57,119 nt of DNA from a virus (lineage: Duplodnaviria > Caudoviricetes), in the IMG/VR virus record IMGVR_UViG_3300031840_000710, positions 1 to 57,119 of that record; one strand, given 5' to 3'. The notes beneath the pieces were generated by a model. The model was given only the letters and a program-made list of their open reading frames with translations. It ran no database searches and was not told where the DNA came from. Made by a program: the position numbers and the translations under genes. Below, in pieces: positions 27,013 through 37,671 of the stretch. Positions within the stretch are counted from its first letter, which is position 1, and the number at the start of each line of letters is the position of its first letter.

Positions 27013-30000
27013 CTAATCTCCATATATTTCTGATGCGGTCGGGAAAGTTATTGCCGGAACAAATCCACTATCCCCATCTATAACTACCGAGGAACTCAGT
27101 ATTCCTGTTGGGTGTGCGTATCCATACATTCTTTGCTTTCCACTTGTGATACTATAATTACTTCCTAATGAAGAAGTTACCCAAGTGTATTGAAAGTCTG
27201 ATCTTGGAATTGGAGTGCTAATATACATATTGTCGTGTCTCTTCACAAGAACGGGCGCTAAAACGGTTGATGTATCGCTTGGTCTTCTATTCTCATTTCT
27301 TTGTTGTTTATGAGAAGAAGGCTTGTTAACTGCTGTTTGAAAGTTTGTTTCTGATAGAGATCTGTTTGTTATTGTAGCATATGAAGTATTTCTTGTATCT
27401 ACGCCATATTTTCCACAATGTCTAGACAATAAAGCCTTGTGAGAATCCCTTTGATTGAGTTGATTGTTCACTCTTATCGTTGTTGCTTCGCCCGATCCAC
27501 CGAAAGCATAGAACTCAGCTCCATCAGCGGAAGCAGATACGCGAACATCAATACCACGAACTGAAAGGTTGCGATAGTTGACGTTGTTGTAAACTGAGTA
27601 TTCCTGTGAGTAAGCATCTAAATATCCATAACTCAAAGTGTCAATTGAGCCGGGAGCAGAAAAGCGAGAAGTAATAACGGTTCTTGTGACAGATCCAGTT
27701 ATACGATCAATCGTAATGTCTTTTGAAAGAGAGGCTGAGACAAAATTTATTCCACCCGCAAAGCCAACTTCTGTACCAGGAAAAGTCAAATTTGCGTTTG
27801 TCCCTGAAGTTGTAATTGTTATATTGTGAGCTGAGCCAGTTTGACTAGCAGTTAAATGAAACACCGCTTGATGACCTGCGCTGGAATCAATTGTTATATT
27901 ATCATAGACAGTGTTGTCTTTAACGGACTGCGATAATGCATTCCAGAAAGCAGCATTTGTTCCACCAGTGAATTGCGGAATTGCTATAGCAGGACTTGTA
28001 GCCGTACTATTCATTACAAAAGTTTTATTCAGCACAATTGATCCGCCCGGATAGGCTCCTCTGTAGTTTGTTCCACCTGCGCCGTTTGACAAATTAGTAA
28101 CCGTTCCACAAGTTGCAACGGATCCAAAACCAGAAGTAGTCAAGGTTGTATTATAATCTGAGCCAGTTGCGGGTGCGGTTAAAGTAAAATTAGCATAAGG
28201 CAATGCCGGAGGTCCTGCGTTTGTATTAATAAAATTGTTTCTATCGTCTTGAACAGAAAAATTGCTACCAGATATGATATCGGTTCCTCCGGAGGATTCT
28301 TTCTCCAACGGAAACCACGCTATAATATTATTTCCTATAGAGACATCACAATATAGAGCAGTTGAGAAGTTGACGTAATGTCCTTTGTTATATATATAAT
28401 CAACGTGTGTTGAGGATAAATCAATATTCCAAAACACAAAATTTGAACCTGTTCCGTGAAACTGTTTGTTTTGAGCATTGTTGTTCAATATTGACCCGGT
28501 ACCGTCTGGTGTTACTAAAGCCATCGTTGCGCCACAGACTCCGGCACCTCCTACAGAAATATTATTACTAGTTGAACTGATTGCAGCATTATCAATATAG
28601 AAATCAACAGACCCTGGTCCGCTGCCATAATCATGTGAAACAACTAAGTGCATAAGCCCTCTGGTTTGGTAGGTTGATTCAAAGTTTGTTATAAACTGTG
28701 TTTTTATACATTGTGTACCCACAGAAGCACCATTGGATATAGCCTTATAATATAAGTCTCCGCTGGAAGATATAAAAAGTTCGCGAGACACTCCACCGGA
28801 TGAAGATGCAAATTGAAAAATAACCTTGTCTCTTGATTGAGCTGAAGATCCCGTGATGTCAATCCACCCTGAAAAAGAAAATTGATTTGTTGTATATTGC
28901 GAAGGGAGAGAACCAGTATTTATCACAGATTGCGGGGTCGCAGCAGAAGAAGTAAGAGAAAGTGATTCAACATTTCCCGGAGTAACCTCAGAAAAACTAA
29001 CTGCAAACGGCGTCTGTGCCTGTATTTTTGAGTCTAGATTATTCCAAAAAACAGTGTTACTGGAGCCGGTAGCAATATAAAAATTTGGATCACTGTCAGA
29101 AGGTGGTGTGCTAGTGCGAAAGAAAAACCTCTTATCGTTACCAGCGCCGTCAACAATTCTAATTCCTTCATTGTCTTTAAGTTGAGATCCGGTTGCGTGT
29201 ACTCTAAAAGTTGCATTACCGGCAGTTGTGCCGGCAACATAGGCGCCAGTTACCACAAAGCTTCCGGAAGCAAAAGCACTAGCAACAGCAGGGACGATAA
29301 CTTGCCCATCTGGTTGTCGGTTATTTTCGTATGTACCAAACACATTACCGGCACTAGCGGCCTGCTGTCCAATAAGCGTCATTGGATTAGTGGTTTGAGG
29401 AAGTTCGTTTGTAATTGAAACAGGAAGATAATTGGATTGAGCACTATTCTTTCTGAAATATAAATTATTCTGTTGTTTCCCAGTTCCAGCACTTATAAGT
29501 TCATAATTGTTGTAATAGTTTCCATGATTAATGCTTGAAGTGGTAGTCTGTATATTTGCAATATTAAACGATCGTTTTGCTCGTCCATCTCTGTAAAATG
29601 TGGCTGCTTTTTTTGCTGTGTCTGGGTAGGTGTTGGTTGCCAATGTCAAACCATATTGAGGATCAACCATACCAATGGCACCGTCCGATCCAGCAACACC
29701 TTGTTCTACCACCAAAATTCGCCAAGCTTCCGCTCTTGTGTAGAGGTTATGCAGGTTGTTAGGCGGAGCAGTGCCGGTTTCGTCATCACGCAAGGTCGCG
29801 TCATAGCGATTGAGATCAATGTGCCTAGCCTGGTGACCGCCAACCCACTGTTGGGAGAAAGGCCCTTGAAGTGGAACATCATTTGAAATACTAGTCGTAT
29901 CTGAATGTAGATTGGTTATCACAGCATTACTTTTATAGCCTTGTGAAACTGCTTTGTTGTACCCAGTTGCTATTGAACCGGAGAATATATCAAAGGGAAG

Positions 30001-33000
30001 GCGTAATCCACCCTTAACAGATATGTCATATGACGCACTATCATTAATCGGTACAAACGTTGAACTAGGAGAGCCAACAGCAAATTTACCGCTAAAAACA
30101 GTTGTATTAAACTTTTTCTTTTCATTTGGGATCTCAACATCATCACAGGTATTCACAGGCAGTTCTATACCTTGTCCAGTACCGGCACCTACAATAAGAA
30201 CATTTTTCGGAATTCCAATAGGAGTCAGATCAGAATGGCGATGCAAAGCAGACCAGACAAAATCTCTATCTTTCTGTAGGTTATAATTGATACCAGAATG
30301 GATGGTCTGGCTGATTTGGGAACCAACACGGTATGTGTTCGTGAATCTTCTTATCGCATAGGTTGAACCAGAATATGAAGTTCTATCTTTATTGGCTACA
30401 TTTGAAGCTTGAGCATTATTGTTATTAACAATTACCTTGCGAATATCTTCTCGGTTTGCAATATCTGTTCTTTCTGCTCTTTCTTTTTGCCAAAGACAAT
30501 TGTTGTTATCTCCACCCTCTAGTGGTGCGTGACCAAATTGCCATTGGTATTTTAATTCACCAACGCCTTTTACAGAACCTTCTGTTGCTGTATGGATGGA
30601 TGTTAGCGGAAACTTATTTTGGTATTTGTTTCTCTCAAATAAATGAGATTCAACAACATCCGATATTCCTTTAGAGAAACGGACGCTCGCTGGGAACATT
30701 TGAGAAACCATATACGATACAGAAGAATCAATCCACTTAAAGTAATCAGAAAATCTATCAAAATCTGGATCTGCCTCTACATCTTCAAAGAATAGTCTAC
30801 GAACTTGATCTAATTTTTTGTATTGTATTCTGTATCTTTCAACAGCTTCGCCCATTAAATTAGACATTTCTTGAGCAGTTGATAGATTTCTCATCATTTC
30901 TTCTGAAATTACTTGGTACATACTCTTCTCTAGAGAGTAAAAGTTATCAGAAACATCTTCATCTCTAATGAAATATTCTTGTTGTTCTCCTTTAATCGTC
31001 ACACGGTCAGAGGAATAAGAGATTTCCGGAAGTTCTTTCTTTGAAGAGTAGATAATTTCATTGGAAACAACATTTGTGGTTGATACAGGGAACCCAAAAC
31101 CTTTTGCTCGGTGCTCTCTGCGTATAATATTATCCATCCAACCGTATCTGCTGTCTGTTGAGCCACTAGAAACATCGACTACGATAAATTCACCAGATGT
31201 ATCCGACGTGGATACTGTTTCAAAATCCCAATCAGCGGTCAATAGTTCATACGAGGGAACTTCAATTTGTGATAAATCTTTACCAAATATAGTTGAAGGG
31301 CGACTTGACCTTCTATTTCCTCGTGAAGTGATATCTGTATTGTGTAGTTTAACTGAATCATCGGAAATATAGTCATACCATAGGTCAAAACGTCCAATTT
31401 TTATGTCTGTTTGCTCTAAAACACTTCCTGTGAAGTTGATTCTGTGGGCTCCTGCGTAGAATCTCTTCGGGTTTGAGAGGTATGCAGAGCCAGTGTCATA
31501 GTTTAAGCTTTGTGTTAATGTGAATTCATTCTTAATTGTATCAAAAGCATAGTTTACACCATAAAATTCTAGTTGGTAATTTCTGTTGGAAGACGTAACA
31601 ACATTACCTGCTATCGGATAATCAACAGGCTTCACTCTAACAGCCAAATTCCACTGTTCATTTGAGTAAATTTGCTTATATGCCGGTGTTTCTAGAGTGA
31701 AATTACCCGCATAATCTTTCAAAACAAACTTAGCAGTTGGGGATTCCAATTCGTCTCTGACCAAATACACTTGAAAGTTAGCCAAATCCTGGGTTGCCCA
31801 AGTGTAATCTGCACTCGCTGGACGGGCTTGATGAAGTCCAAACACAGAAGCAGATTGAAACGGAGTAGCAAAATGCCCACTATCAAAAATTCCAAGCTTT
31901 TTTGGAACTATAATTGAAATTTCACTGCTCAATGCGTTATATTGTTCTAGTTTTCCAGTGCCAGAGCCAGAAATATATGTTAAAGAATGGTTTGCAGACG
32001 ATGTTTGGAACAAAGTAGCACTTAAGTGCGATAATTTGTTAAAATCTACATACTTTTTATTCTCAGAAGTGTGTTTGAAGGCGTCCGAAAAGTAGTGAGT
32101 ACCTTCATCTGTATAGATATTTAGTTTTACTATCTCATCATCAATCCCAAAACAGCGCAACATATTACGAATTGCACCTTCGGTACCTTTATGTTTGTAT
32201 ATATTCTCTAAATTGTTGTAGATATTTGTATAGACTTGGTTTTTTATATCAGTTAGTTTCTTTTCAAACTGGATTTTGTTTAAGTCTCGTGAACCAAACG
32301 CCTCTAAAACGTTAGCATCTGCGAATAAATTAGGCACAACGAGACCTTTTTCTTCTAGAAGACGATCGGCGAAAGGTAAAGCCTTATAACTTGAACTAGG
32401 ATAGACCTTATTTTTGAGAGATGGCAACGCTGTAATTTGAGCATGCAGTGTATCAAAATAACTTGAAATTATTTGATATAGATATTTTGTTGAAAATCCA
32501 TTTGAAGGGTCTTCGTCTCTAATCCATTGCGGGATTTTGTTATAAAGCAATCCAGTGTTTTGATTGTCATGCGTTGCTCCGGAAGCCATTAAACTTGTCT
32601 TAAGAGAGGATACTTCTGGATGTGTACTATAAATTATTGGATCTTTTTCCTCAGATGCAACTAAGCCAGACTCCACAAAAGCAGAGCTTGTAGATCTTGC
32701 ACCGGCGGTATAACCATTCCACGAACCATTGACCAATCGGCCAGAATAATCTAAAACAACCGAATCTGTTGCTGTTTTTCCAACGACACCTTCGTTAAAC
32801 TTATAGTATACGCCAAGATATGTGTTAGCGTCATCTGTGTTTGTACCGCCACCGATTGTTCTATACCAGTTATTATAAATCTCTTCTGAGGTTCTGCGGG
32901 TCTTCCAATAACGGAAATCGTCTAAACTTGCACTTAATTTACCGGAAAAAGGCAATGCTGTTGCAGCTCCTTGGCTTGAGGAAGGGCTTGTTTGTAGTGC

Positions 33001-33921
33001 TCCGATATAGCCGTTTATTAAGCCACCAATTTCGTTAACACCGACTGAACCGAGTGATTTGCTCTCATTTAAATCTCCGTCAACATAAAGTCTAGATGTT
33101 ACTCCAGTAGAAGCAGAAACAAAAGATAAGGCGTAATGATGCCAATCTGATAGGGAAGAAGTGGTTACTGTTGATGTTCCAATTGATTGCTCAAAGAAAC
33201 CTACTGTGCCTGACTGCATGGTTACAATAAAAGTATCTGTTCCACTGGTAGTGCCAGAGAGGGCCAGTGTAAAACGTCCGTAATTTACCGATGAAGATAT
33301 CTCTCCATTCCAAAGGTCCAAAATAACTTCTTTGTTCGTTTTAGTTAGGTCAAACGCATCTTTTTTAAGCCAGAACTCGGTCGTCAATCCTTGTGGGATG
33401 TTCATACGAAGACTGCTTACTCTTTTCTTTGCAGCATCATAAATTACTGATTTATCAAAAGTTTTCTGAAGTGGTTTTGTAGCCATATCATCTGCTACGT
33501 GAATACCACCTCGGAGATAGATATATTCTGTACTGGTAGGTAAACCGTAACCATCTGCTGTTGAGGTTTGTACGCCCCATCCGCCATAAGAAAGATTAAC
33601 ATATCCGTTTGTTTTTGGATATTTTTGCTCTAGAATATACTTGTCTAAATAAGAAGAAGATAGTTCAAATACAAGCTTTTCATTCTCTGAGCCGTCGTAT
33701 GGATAATTGTTATGTATTCTTTCAATTGAGTTTTTATAATACTCTTCGGCTGAGCCAAACTTTGCAAAGTTAGAGGCACTAGCAAAATTAATAAAGGGAT
33801 AAAAGGTCTCATCTCTTTCCGTCGTGGTTAGCACTAAATCTTTTGATTCTACTAATTTACTGCCGGATGCAGCGTTTTCAACTGTTGTTGTCTTGTTGTT
33901 AAATAAACTTTTAATACTCAT
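27013..33921 (-). CDS. Very large baseplate/tail protein (2302 aa) with LamG/concanavalin A-like domains
   Basis: TTEFWLK...WHHYALSF...RLYVDG...LDDFRYWK and a second FSFSGWID...HLVVS...FYIDN lectin-like domain; YKHKGTEGAIRNMLRCFG resembles a baseplate wedge motif. Confidence 0.75.
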   Translation of the reverse strand: MSIKSLFNNKTTTVENAASGSKLVESKDLVLTTTERDETFYPFINFASASNFAKFGSAEEYYKNSIERIHNNYPYDGSENEKLVFELSSSYLDKYILEQKYPKTNGYVNLSYGGWGVQTSTADGYGLPTSTEYIYLRGGIHVADDMATKPLQKTFDKSVIYDAAKKRVSSLRMNIPQGLTTEFWLKKDAFDLTKTNKEVILDLWNGEISSSVNYGRFTLALSGTTSGTDTFIVTMQSGTVGFFEQSIGTSTVTTSSLSDWHHYALSFVSASTGVTSRLYVDGDLNESKSLGSVGVNEIGGLINGYIGALQTSPSSSQGAATALPFSGKLSASLDDFRYWKTRRTSEEIYNNWYRTIGGGTNTDDANTYLGVYYKFNEGVVGKTATDSVVLDYSGRLVNGSWNGYTAGARSTSSAFVESGLVASEEKDPIIYSTHPEVSSLKTSLMASGATHDNQNTGLLYNKIPQWIRDEDPSNGFSTKYLYQIISSYFDTLHAQITALPSLKNKVYPSSSYKALPFADRLLEEKGLVVPNLFADANVLEAFGSRDLNKIQFEKKLTDIKNQVYTNIYNNLENIYKHKGTEGAIRNMLRCFGIDDEIVKLNIYTDEGTHYFSDAFKHTSENKKYVDFNKLSHLSATLFQTSSANHSLTYISGSGTGKLEQYNALSSEISIIVPKKLGIFDSGHFATPFQSASVFGLHQARPASADYTWATQDLANFQVYLVRDELESPTAKFVLKDYAGNFTLETPAYKQIYSNEQWNLAVRVKPVDYPIAGNVVTSSNRNYQLEFYGVNYAFDTIKNEFTLTQSLNYDTGSAYLSNPKRFYAGAHRINFTGSVLEQTDIKIGRFDLWYDYISDDSVKLHNTDITSRGNRRSSRPSTIFGKDLSQIEVPSYELLTADWDFETVSTSDTSGEFIVVDVSSGSTDSRYGWMDNIIRREHRAKGFGFPVSTTNVVSNEIIYSSKKELPEISYSSDRVTIKGEQQEYFIRDEDVSDNFYSLEKSMYQVISEEMMRNLSTAQEMSNLMGEAVERYRIQYKKLDQVRRLFFEDVEADPDFDRFSDYFKWIDSSVSYMVSQMFPASVRFSKGISDVVESHLFERNKYQNKFPLTSIHTATEGSVKGVGELKYQWQFGHAPLEGGDNNNCLWQKERAERTDIANREDIRKVIVNNNNAQASNVANKDRTSYSGSTYAIRRFTNTYRVGSQISQTIHSGINYNLQKDRDFVWSALHRHSDLTPIGIPKNVLIVGAGTGQGIELPVNTCDDVEIPNEKKKFNTTVFSGKFAVGSPSSTFVPINDSASYDISVKGGLRLPFDIFSGSIATGYNKAVSQGYKSNAVITNLHSDTTSISNDVPLQGPFSQQWVGGHQARHIDLNRYDATLRDDETGTAPPNNLHNLYTRAEAWRILVVEQGVAGSDGAIGMVDPQYGLTLATNTYPDTAKKAATFYRDGRAKRSFNIANIQTTTSSINHGNYYNNYELISAGTGKQQNNLYFRKNSAQSNYLPVSITNELPQTTNPMTLIGQQAASAGNVFGTYENNRQPDGQVIVPAVASAFASGSFVVTGAYVAGTTAGNATFRVHATGSQLKDNEGIRIVDGAGNDKRFFFRTSTPPSDSDPNFYIATGSSNTVFWNNLDSKIQAQTPFAVSFSEVTPGNVESLSLTSSAATPQSVINTGSLPSQYTTNQFSFSGWIDITGSSAQSRDKVIFQFASSSGGVSRELFISSSGDLYYKAISNGASVGTQCIKTQFITNFESTYQTRGLMHLVVSHDYGSGPGSVDFYIDNAAISSTSNNISVGGAGVCGATMALVTPDGTGSILNNNAQNKQFHGTGSNFVFWNIDLSSTHVDYIYNKGHYVNFSTALYCDVSIGNNIIAWFPLEKESSGGTDIISGSNFSVQDDRNNFINTNAGPPALPYANFTLTAPATGSDYNTTLTTSGFGSVATCGTVTNLSNGAGGTNYRGAYPGGSIVLNKTFVMNSTATSPAIAIPQFTGGTNAAFWNALSQSVKDNTVYDNITIDSSAGHQAVFHLTASQTGSAHNITITTSGTNANLTFPGTEVGFAGGINFVSASLSKDITIDRITGSVTRTVITSRFSAPGSIDTLSYGYLDAYSQEYSVYNNVNYRNLSVRGIDVRVSASADGAEFYAFGGSGEATTIRVNNQLNQRDSHKALLSRHCGKYGVDTRNTSYATITNRSLSETNFQTAVNKPSSHKQQRNENRRPSDTSTVLAPVLVKRHDNMYISTPIPRSDFQYTWVTSSLGSNYSITSGKQRMYGYAHPTGILSSSVVIDGDSGFVPAITFPTASEIYGD

Positions 33922-35830
33922 CTTGTTCTACTCTGATTTTGAATGTATAGGGTTGCTCTCTGTAAGAAGAAAGAGAATCTTCATAGAAGGAAAGCTTCAA
34001 TTCATATGTATAGCCCTCTTCTAATAAGTCCATATCCAAATCAAAGTAGTTTCCATCGGAATCATACGAAAGCATTGTTTCTGCTGTGGAGCCTGTTCCA
34101 TATGGTATTACTATCTTTTTATCTGATGCTCTTGTGATTTGATAGGATGCGCTTTCTATCAATAAGTTTTCTGGTGTTGATTTTGCGGTTGTATATATAT
34201 TTGGAGACCAGTTCTTCTCTCTGACATATAGTCTAAATCTTTCAGTTTGCCCTCTCGTATATTTGGGCTTAAGGTTTTTAACCTTCATAACATATTTTGA
34301 ATTTGGATTATAATTTGAGAAAGAATGTTCCTTTGGGACAATAACTGATCCAGTGTGTAATTCACTTCCGCTCATTGTCCAGACATCAACCAAATAAGGA
34401 TATGTTGAGGTTACTGCGCTTGCTGTTGCAGAAAATGTCGCCTTGTAAACACCTTTTGATACTCGCGATGCTGATAGGAAATTTACAGCTGCATTAGAAG
34501 AGTTTCTAAAATAACGTGCCGTTCCTTCAGGTACTGAACCGGAAGAATAATACAGATTTAAGACTGGTATTGCAGTGGAGCTACCAGCGATGTCGCGAAG
34601 GTTTCCACGGATGTAGTTGTACATAAAAAGACTGTTTAAGTTCTCAGCTGCTGGAGCAAGAGAAGAACTAAGATAAAAGTTTCCTCTATTATCTTTTCTA
34701 GTGGAATCCCAACGAGCCTCAAGGACAGGACGATCAAAGTAGAATTCAGAAGATCTTGCAAAGAATTTCTTTGTGTAATAAGAAATCACAGCACCGGCTG
34801 GGTTAGAAGAAGCGTCATATGCTTCGTACGAAGAAGACAGTCTGATGCCAAACCCATGGTTTTCTTTGGAGCCCAATACGTTTCCACCGCTATTAATCCA
34901 CTGTTCAACAAGGGTCGTAACATCTACTTCCAAATCTTCATCACCTTTAGGAAAAGAAGCAACAAAAGAGGAGCTAGAATCTGTATAATAGTCTCCACCG
35001 GCTGTTGACCAAGTTCCACTTCCACCGGTAAAACCGTTTGCAGAATTAGAAAGTGATAAACCTGTGACTCCGGATAGATCTATCGCAGTGTTTCCTGCGC
35101 GTCCAGTTGTTTTTTGCTTTATTAATAAAGTATGCTCTGATGTAGCGTCGCCAGCCGCTGTAATAGTGCTAGCTTCTATGTCTAGAGCCGAAATGTTATT
35201 GATTGCTGTTTTGATTGCAGTCATTGCGTTATCATTTTGGTCTGTTCCCGGAGCGCCAAAGCCAATTGTTCCGCCAGTTAAAGTACTGCTGTTGTAGTCT
35301 ATTGTAAAAGTCTGTGCGGTACCATCTGAATCTGTTAGGACAAACGTTTGATTGTGCATAGAGGCCAGGTTCGTACCGCCAGCCAATTTAATTGTGGCTG
35401 ATGCACTGACAAAACTACCATTTGCATTTATCCAATTTGATCCAATTTTATCATAAGTAATATCTGAATATCCTTCCATATCCAGCCCGTTACCTTCTTG
35501 CCAAGATCCGGATACGCCTTGAACTGTTAATTTAAAATCTTTTGGCAAAGTGTGTGGATGTTTAGCATTAAACATACGGAGATAAAAAGATACACTACCG
35601 GAAGCTGGAATATTTTCTGCGGTTCTATCTGACGATATATCCGTCACTGGGAATTGTAGTAGAATTCTAGCTAGCTCTGTTGAGGTTGCGCTTTCTTGTG
35701 CATATATTGAAAATGTTTCTAAAACGTCGGCTTGGCCCATATTGGAGCCGGTTCCGCGAGTTGTTAAGTTTTCTTGAAAAGCATTTGTGATAGTATTATC
35801 AGCATCTGCAAAGTATCTTTTAATGGCCAT
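33911..35830 (-). CDS. Virion protein with DNRLRE/CBM96-like domain interrupted by an insertion
   Basis: ADADNTI...ARILLQF...DVTTLVEQW...NHGFGIRL...PVLEARW motif order. Confidence 0.6.
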   Translation of the reverse strand: MAIKRYFADADNTITNAFQENLTTRGTGSNMGQADVLETFSIYAQESATSTELARILLQFPVTDISSDRTAENIPASGSVSFYLRMFNAKHPHTLPKDFKLTVQGVSGSWQEGNGLDMEGYSDITYDKIGSNWINANGSFVSASATIKLAGGTNLASMHNQTFVLTDSDGTAQTFTIDYNSSTLTGGTIGFGAPGTDQNDNAMTAIKTAINNISALDIEASTITAAGDATSEHTLLIKQKTTGRAGNTAIDLSGVTGLSLSNSANGFTGGSGTWSTAGGDYYTDSSSSFVASFPKGDEDLEVDVTTLVEQWINSGGNVLGSKENHGFGIRLSSSYEAYDASSNPAGAVISYYTKKFFARSSEFYFDRPVLEARWDSTRKDNRGNFYLSSSLAPAAENLNSLFMYNYIRGNLRDIAGSSTAIPVLNLYYSSGSVPEGTARYFRNSSNAAVNFLSASRVSKGVYKATFSATASAVTSTYPYLVDVWTMSGSELHTGSVIVPKEHSFSNYNPNSKYVMKVKNLKPKYTRGQTERFRLYVREKNWSPNIYTTAKSTPENLLIESASYQITRASDKKIVIPYGTGSTAETMLSYDSDGNYFDLDMDLLEEGYTYELKLSFYEDSLSSYREQPYTFKIRVEQDEY

Positions 35831-37629
35831 TATTTTGCTATCCCTTTAATATCTTCGTCTGGAAATTTTAGCTCCAGAATTGAATTGTTTGGTGTTTGAT
35901 AAAACGTTCCGTCTTTTGAAATTATTTTATCCATATCTAGAGTGATTGGAGAATATGCTCCACTGTTTTGGTTGTTGATTTTGACTTTTCTCACATCAAC
36001 AACGCCGTCAACACGATTGAGTATCTCATAAGCTCTTGTTATATATAGAGGCTCCCCAATGTAGAATTTGTCTGCGTAAAGACTTTTGATTTCATTGATA
36101 CAGCGCCTAAGAACTGTGTCTTGTGAAAACTTCTTGTCAACCATAACTGTAAATTCAATTCTAAAATTAATAATCTTGGGATTATAAATCTCAACTTGAT
36201 CATTCAATGAGCGATATTGGTTAAGCCAATTCTTAATATTGTTTTTGGTTATTGAGTTGGTCTCAGATAAATGACCATTATTGTCTTGTGACACCAAATA
36301 GAGAGAAAGTCTTCTATTTGATGAAGAGGGGTCATTAATGATGTTTGCTCTAGTAACTGCTCCAAATTGCGGTGGCATATTGTATATTAGAGACTCATAA
36401 TCTTGCTTTGTTACAGCGCGATTTTGTGTTGCAAAATAAGATTTTGCTCTTTGTTTCAATTCATCAACAGATATATCAACATTTATTGAAGTAATTGGAT
36501 TGTCATTGTTCACTTCCAAAGAATTTTCAACAAAAGCTCTTTGTGAATTGGTCAATACTGTTATATCCTGAAAAACATAAGTCTTAGAATTTACTGATGT
36601 GATAGAGTTTGCAGCTACATTTGTAGTCTGCGGAGAATTTGAGCGATAAATAATAGACAGCTGAGTATTTGAGGGAGCAACACCGAGCTTGTTTGTGGTA
36701 ATCAGCTTGGTTGGATCAAAAGATTTAGAGGAAATATAATCTTTTCCCAGCATCTTAAGAGCCACTCGTGAAGGATCAGTTATACCTCCATCGTCTGTAT
36801 TCTCAGATCCAAAACCAAATTGCAAGAAAGTCCCTGTGTCATCTTGTTCTAGGGTAAATCTTCTTGCTGTTGCAAAGGGCTTAAGAATTGATCTCACGCC
36901 ATCGGTTGCTGCATTTTGGTTTGTTGTTTCAACAAAAACAACTTCTTGTGAAAGATGGTCTACTTCATAATAACGGTTGCCCGAGGCATCATATACAGAT
37001 ATAATTTCACTTATATTTGAACCCCCAACACGAACCTTTTTAAATCTTTCAAAAGCATCATTGCTCAAATCAACTGTGGCTATGTTTAACACACCAGATT
37101 GAACTTGTCCGAAGTTTCTAACAGCGAAATATGTTGTTGCGCCTGTCGTAGAGTTGAATCTAGCCGCAACAATGTCAGAAGATTCATCCGCAAAGTCAAT
37201 GTCTTCTGTTAAAATGAAATTTCCGCCTTCTGATGTAGAGAAAGAGGTCCCTGCTTTTAAAACTGGTAAGTAAGTCGTATCAGGTGCGGTTCCATCAGTA
37301 TTCGCAGGACACAAGATAAATAGCGATACGGTTCCAAAGGAGGATGGTGCACCGGCAAATTTGTATCCAAATGCCCTAGCGTGCTTTCTTATATTATCAA
37401 ATTCCAATGAAGTATCTAAAAAACTCTCATTAACGTGATAATCTAGGTAGTAAGATAAAATATCACCCGTGTAAGCAACGGTATCCAATACCAAAGAACC
37501 AAATGATGCAACAGAAAAGTCTCTATATCCATCTGGGTAGTATCTTTTCGCGTATTGTACCAGATCCTCTTTGATGCTTTCAAAATCTCTACTAGTGTAT
37601 TTCACGGCAACATTTTTATTTTTTGGCAT
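35830..37629 (-). CDS. Baseplate wedge subunit (T4 gp6-like)
   Basis: YTSRDFESIKEDL, LSYYLDYHVNESFLDT, LQFG, QNRAVTKQDYE; start moved to MPKNK. Confidence 0.88.
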   Translation of the reverse strand: MPKNKNVAVKYTSRDFESIKEDLVQYAKRYYPDGYRDFSVASFGSLVLDTVAYTGDILSYYLDYHVNESFLDTSLEFDNIRKHARAFGYKFAGAPSSFGTVSLFILCPANTDGTAPDTTYLPVLKAGTSFSTSEGGNFILTEDIDFADESSDIVAARFNSTTGATTYFAVRNFGQVQSGVLNIATVDLSNDAFERFKKVRVGGSNISEIISVYDASGNRYYEVDHLSQEVVFVETTNQNAATDGVRSILKPFATARRFTLEQDDTGTFLQFGFGSENTDDGGITDPSRVALKMLGKDYISSKSFDPTKLITTNKLGVAPSNTQLSIIYRSNSPQTTNVAANSITSVNSKTYVFQDITVLTNSQRAFVENSLEVNNDNPITSINVDISVDELKQRAKSYFATQNRAVTKQDYESLIYNMPPQFGAVTRANIINDPSSSNRRLSLYLVSQDNNGHLSETNSITKNNIKNWLNQYRSLNDQVEIYNPKIINFRIEFTVMVDKKFSQDTVLRRCINEIKSLYADKFYIGEPLYITRAYEILNRVDGVVDVRKVKINNQNSGAYSPITLDMDKIISKDGTFYQTPNNSILELKFPDEDIKGIAK

Positions 37630-37650
37630 TTGTAATCCTCTCAACTAAAA

Positions 37651-37658
37651 TAAGTAGT
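37651..37658 (-). promoter_or_regulatory. Putative late promoter ACTACTTA
   Basis: One-mismatch variant of ACTATTTA in the gap upstream of the gp6-like gene. Confidence 0.55.
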
Positions 37659-37671
37659 TTTTGCTAGGATT

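Noticed and set aside
27013-33921. Diversity-generating retroelement target in the lectin-containing protein
   Set aside because: No reverse transcriptase and no near-identical TR/VR nucleotide repeat pair was noticed in this window.
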